This document shows positions 60,024-64,000 of a DNA stretch of 64,000 bases, piece by piece (position 1 is the stretch's first letter; every line of letters begins with the position of its first letter). Location of the stretch: the NCBI RefSeq assembly GCF_000143415.4, contig NW_003314272.1, positions 1,274,184-1,338,183 on the forward strand, written 5' to 3'. The DNA is from Selaginella moellendorffii (Eukaryota > Plantae > Lycopodiophyta). The position numbers were made by a program, and so were the translations under genes. The notes under the pieces were generated by a model. That model was given only the letters and a program-made list of their open reading frames with translations. It was not told the DNA's origin and ran no database searches.

Positions 60024-61727
60024 TCAGAGTTTCTCTTGGGCTATATCCCCATCATGTAACTGGCATGCAGCCAGGAAGGCCGTCCAAGCAACATGGTCGC
60101 ACGGCAAGCTCTGGGCCACATCCTTGGCGAGCTCCATCTCCCCGGACTTTGCGAGTAGCTCCAGCACGCAGCTGTAGTGTGGATTGCCTGGCAGCACTCC
60201 AAAGTCGAGGCTGGCGGAGACGAAGCAGCGCCATCCGGCATCCAAATCGCCGCAGTGTTTGAAAGCAAGAAGAGCGCTCAAGAACGATGTCTCATCGGGG
60301 ACTTCTCCAGCCAAGACCATCTCGTGCCAAACCGACGTAGCAGCACGCTTACAATCCCCACAGCTCGAGCACCACGCTATCATGGTGTTCCACGATACCA
60401 AGTTTCGGATGGGCATTCTGTCGAAGACTAGAACCAAGCGGTCGAGGTGACCGGCGCGTCCAAAAGCAGCGATACTGGCAGTCCAGGCCGTGACGTTTCT
60501 TGCAGGCATTCTCGCAAAGGTGGCCTCCGCCTCCATAAGATGCCCATTATAGATATAACCCGCTAAGAGGGCGTTCCAAGAGACCACGTCGGGAGCCTCT
60601 GTGGTATCAAACAATACCTTTGCTTGCTCGACATGCCTGGCTCGGGCATATGCTGTCAGCATTGAGTTTACGGTGACTGTAGTCCGCTCCGGCATAGTTT
60701 CAAACACACAGCTTGCCTGCTCAACTTTACCAGATTGGGAATATACTTGCAAGAGCAAAGTCCATGACACCACGTTAGTTTCTGGCATTTTGGTAAACAA
60801 CATTTCGGTTTCTTTACAAAGCCCATTTTCGGCAAATGCTCTAAGGAGTATGTTATATGACACTAAGTTTCTTACTGGCATTGTGCTAAACACGTTCATG
60901 CAAGAATCCAAATCACCACTAATCAAGTAACCACTTATCATGATGTTCCAGGACACTATATTTCTTTCGGCCATGCTCTTGAACAACGCTTCTGACTTAC
61001 GCATATCGAGGCTTTCGCCATATGTGGCAAGCAAGGAGTTACAAACCATGAGGTTTTGTACAGGCATATCCAAGGAAATCGCTAACACCATATCCACATC
61101 ACGTACTTCAGACAGCGCTTGCATCAGTGTCGCGCAAGAAACCACGTCCCTCTCGGGCATTCTCGAAAAGATTATCTTTGTTTGTTCAAGCTGCCCACTC
61201 AAGGCATATGCTGAAAGGAGAGCGTTCCAAGACACTAGGTCGTGCTCAGCCATTTCGTCAAAGACATGCTTGGCTTGCTCCAGCTGACCATTATTTGCAA
61301 AACCCGTGATTTTTGTGTTCCATGAAAGAATGCTAAACTCCGGCATGCGCTGCGCTAACGCTTCCATTTCTGACAGGTACCCGGAATTGGCATTTGCAAG
61401 CAGTATCACATTCCAAGCCACCACATTTGTCAGCGGCATCGCACCGAACAAGAGCATCGCCTCGTGAACGCAGCCACTGTGGGCATACGCAGCGAGGATG
61501 GCAGTCCATGAGAAAAGGTTTGGAACGCGAATGGAATCGAAGACCGCCCGAGCGTCGATGATGCTTCCACATCGATCGTAGGTTCCTATGAGCAAGTTCG
61601 CCAGGAACTTCTCGTGCCGCAGTGCTGGGTTCTGGGAAATGCAACTGTGGATGCGTCTGGCATCCACCAAGTCACTGCATTTGTGGAGAAGGCTGGCCAG
61701 CTCGGGTCGGAATGTATTTGCCACCAT
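60024..61727 (-). CDS. PLS/SS-class PPR protein, 567 aa
   Basis: Intronless PPR repeats; HYSCVLELLAKSG...AWTAFLAAC E-type end. Confidence 0.92.
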   Translation of the reverse strand: MVANTFRPELASLLHKCSDLVDARRIHSCISQNPALRHEKFLANLLIGTYDRCGSIIDARAVFDSIRVPNLFSWTAILAAYAHSGCVHEAMLLFGAMPLTNVVAWNVILLANANSGYLSEMEALAQRMPEFSILSWNTKITGFANNGQLEQAKHVFDEMAEHDLVSWNALLSAYALSGQLEQTKIIFSRMPERDVVSCATLMQALSEVRDVDMVLAISLDMPVQNLMVCNSLLATYGESLDMRKSEALFKSMAERNIVSWNIMISGYLISGDLDSCMNVFSTMPVRNLVSYNILLRAFAENGLCKETEMLFTKMPETNVVSWTLLLQVYSQSGKVEQASCVFETMPERTTVTVNSMLTAYARARHVEQAKVLFDTTEAPDVVSWNALLAGYIYNGHLMEAEATFARMPARNVTAWTASIAAFGRAGHLDRLVLVFDRMPIRNLVSWNTMIAWCSSCGDCKRAATSVWHEMVLAGEVPDETSFLSALLAFKHCGDLDAGWRCFVSASLDFGVLPGNPHYSCVLELLAKSGEMELAKDVAQSLPCDHVAWTAFLAACQLHDGDIAQEKL

Positions 61728-61865
61728 CTTTTCATGTTGCTTGGCTTGTGACTGATCATATCATGTTTATTTATATGCTTTTGGCATCCGTGGCAGTGGG
61801 ACTCTTGCCAGATGTCGCTACACAGATACGTACTTACATGGTTAAAGATGATTGAAACTTTGTCA

Positions 61866-62560
61866 ATGGACCTAATGATCGTGTTGTGCTCCTCAACTTT
61901 CATCATTCTCTTGGTTGTTTGGAGTTACAAGGTGTGCACAAATCTTCTACCAAGTCCATGGGGATCGGCACTTGCTCAGAGAAATATATTAAGTGGTGTT
62001 GTTTCAAGCCAGGAGCTAGTCAAGGAGCGCTTCACTTTGGTCAATTTTGTCCCTTGGTATTTGAGATGGCTGGTTGGCGGATTCCCCAGCACAAAGGTGT
62101 GCATGCAAAGCTAGACAAGTTCTTGTAAAAGATTGTGGACGAGCACAAAGGCAACACCCGGGAATGCCTTCCTTGACACCACGCTCCTCTTCTTTGGTGA
62201 GGGAACACAAGGAAACTTGCATAGAAGTGTCAAAGTTTTTTGTGGGGTTTCTTTCAGGACATGTTTGCTGCCAGAACTGATTCATCTGTTGTTCCAAGCG
62301 ACTGGCTGCTGGCAGCGGTACTGCAAAAGCCTCGGGGCTTAACACAAGCTCAAGAGGAGCTCGACAGGGTTGTGGGAAACGGGAGAATTTTGAGAGAGTC
62401 AGACTTTTCCAAGCTGGAATACCTTGGAGCAATCATCAAGGACACATTTAGACGATAGCAGCAATCCTTGGTATGAGATTCCCAAAGGAACCACAGCTTG
62501 CTGGTTAATGTGGGCAGTGCAAATCCACCCTATTTCTACCCAACCACTTTATTTTGAGCC
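61866..62560 (+). pseudogene. Fourth related P450 relic
   Basis: MDLMIVLCSSTFIILLVVWSYK...PSPWG, NFVPWYLRWL, HAKLDKFL*, AQEELDRVVGNGRILRESDFSKLEYLGAIIKDTFRR; large deletions and stops. Confidence 0.85.
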
Positions 62561-64000
62561 AAGACTTTTTGATCTCTGGCTTTTGAACATTTCATTAAAT
62601 CACTTTATTTATCCATTTTGACTCTTCATTATTTATATCATCACCTACCATGTGTGAATAATATATTTTGGTAGAAAGATTTATTAAACCCCCTAGGGTT
62701 TTAAAAGTTGATCATTTTAGGCTTTCACTCTATGGTGAAGTGCAATGGTTTTAATATTATTTCATTTCAAGTCTTTAGATTTTAGAATTTTAGTTTTAAT
62801 ATTTTTATATGTCATTACTTTTATCCCGTGTTAGTCATTCTTTTATCCTTTTTTAAAGATTTGTTTATCAATTGGTTCATTTTAATCTTTCAAATGGTTG
62901 TTTAGGTATTTCATTCGTGCTTTAGATTTTTCAAATTAAAGCTTCTAGTTTAAACATATTACACTTATTTAAATTTTACCTCTCAACTATTTCTATATGT
63001 TATATATTTAGTTTCACTATGAGATTTATAGATTTGTGTTTTACAATTAAATGATTCCATTGATAAAAAATCTTCTAGAATTAAAAGATTGACAACTTAC
63101 ATAAAGTAGAAAGCAATATATATCATAATACATGATATTGGCTTAGAGGCCATAAAGGGTAGTCAAAAAGTAAAGATCCTTTAGATTTAAACATCAAGAG
63201 ATAAAATTAAAATATAATGCTTTATTGTGAGTTGTTAAGGATATAAAATGTGATTAACATTGCATCCTATAATACAATACCTTTATACTTTCTAAAGAAT
63301 GTTTCCCCTTTTTACCAAATCTATTTTAAAACAGAGGAAGTTTTTTAGATATAAAGATAAAAAAATTGCATAAAGAATGCAAGGATAAAAGAAGTAACAT
63401 TTAAGCTAAGAGAAGTTTGAGTAGAAGTAGAAACTAACATAAAAGAAAATAAACTTTCAAAACAAAAATTAAAGTAAAATGTACAAATTAAGTAAAATTT
63501 TAGTGAGGATGCAAAATATGTTGGATCCTAAGTGGTAATAGAGTGGTACATTTGTGTTGTCTAGACCATAAATACAATTAAAATTATATTTTAATTAACA
63601 TATGATATAAAACATGACATAGAGATGTATGGATATTCTCTAGATTGAAGACAGAAAAATTTACACTAGAAAACAACAAAAATTGTTTAAAAGTATTGTA
63701 AAAATTAATGAATAATGAAGAGATTTTGGTTATTACTGTTATTTGAAGTAAAATTTCATTATAGCTCATAATAAACTTCTTAAAACAAAGCATCTCCAAA
63801 CAAAAAATTTTTTGGGCTCAATTTTTGCAAAGATTCTTTTGGATCAAACAGGTTACTAAATTGCTACAAACCCATTTGATTTTGTGGGCTAAGAACAAGG
63901 TACAACCTTTTTCTTGGCTTCAAAAGTTTCTAATGAACAAGTGGAAACTTCTGGCTAAGAATTGTGTGTGCTTTTGAAATAACAGATCACTGGGTCCTTT

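Noticed and set aside
62600-64000. AT-rich tail (also 41850-42850) as a possible transposon
   Set aside because: No terminal repeats, TSD or coding motif could be identified by eye.

Overview
Eukaryotic, gene-dense plant nuclear DNA with very short introns and spacers. It has many intronless PLS/SS-type PPR genes and microbial-type terpene synthases, which together point to the lycophyte Selaginella (inference). 1-30.7 kb is mostly ordinary housekeeping content: PPRs, SPL2-like RING E3, tRNA-Phe, LPR1-like multicopper oxidase, mitochondrial MDH, eIF5 with a poor-context uORF, ATG13, amidohydrolase, EamA-like transporter, ferroportin, acid lipase, PRUNE-like phosphatase, and two paralogous micro-exon Pro-rich secreted-protein genes. 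The main feature is at 30.6-49.6 kb: a duplicated head-to-head pair of a microbial-type terpene synthase (MTPSL) and a CYP71-clan P450 separated by only 250-305 bp. Copy A has a dead MTPSL and an intact P450. Copy B has an intact MTPSL and a P450 with a premature stop, and the two P450s differ mainly in substrate-recognition regions. Between the copies is a nest of Ty3/gypsy relics containing a complete TRIM and a solo LTR carrying a 5S-rRNA internal-promoter segment (Cassandra-like). 49.6-62.6 kb holds an MS5/TDM1-like TPR gene, Maf, a methyltransferase, a PPR, an orphan trypsin-fold-like gene and several duplicated relics. Exon boundaries were read by eye; family names come from motif recognition, not database searches.
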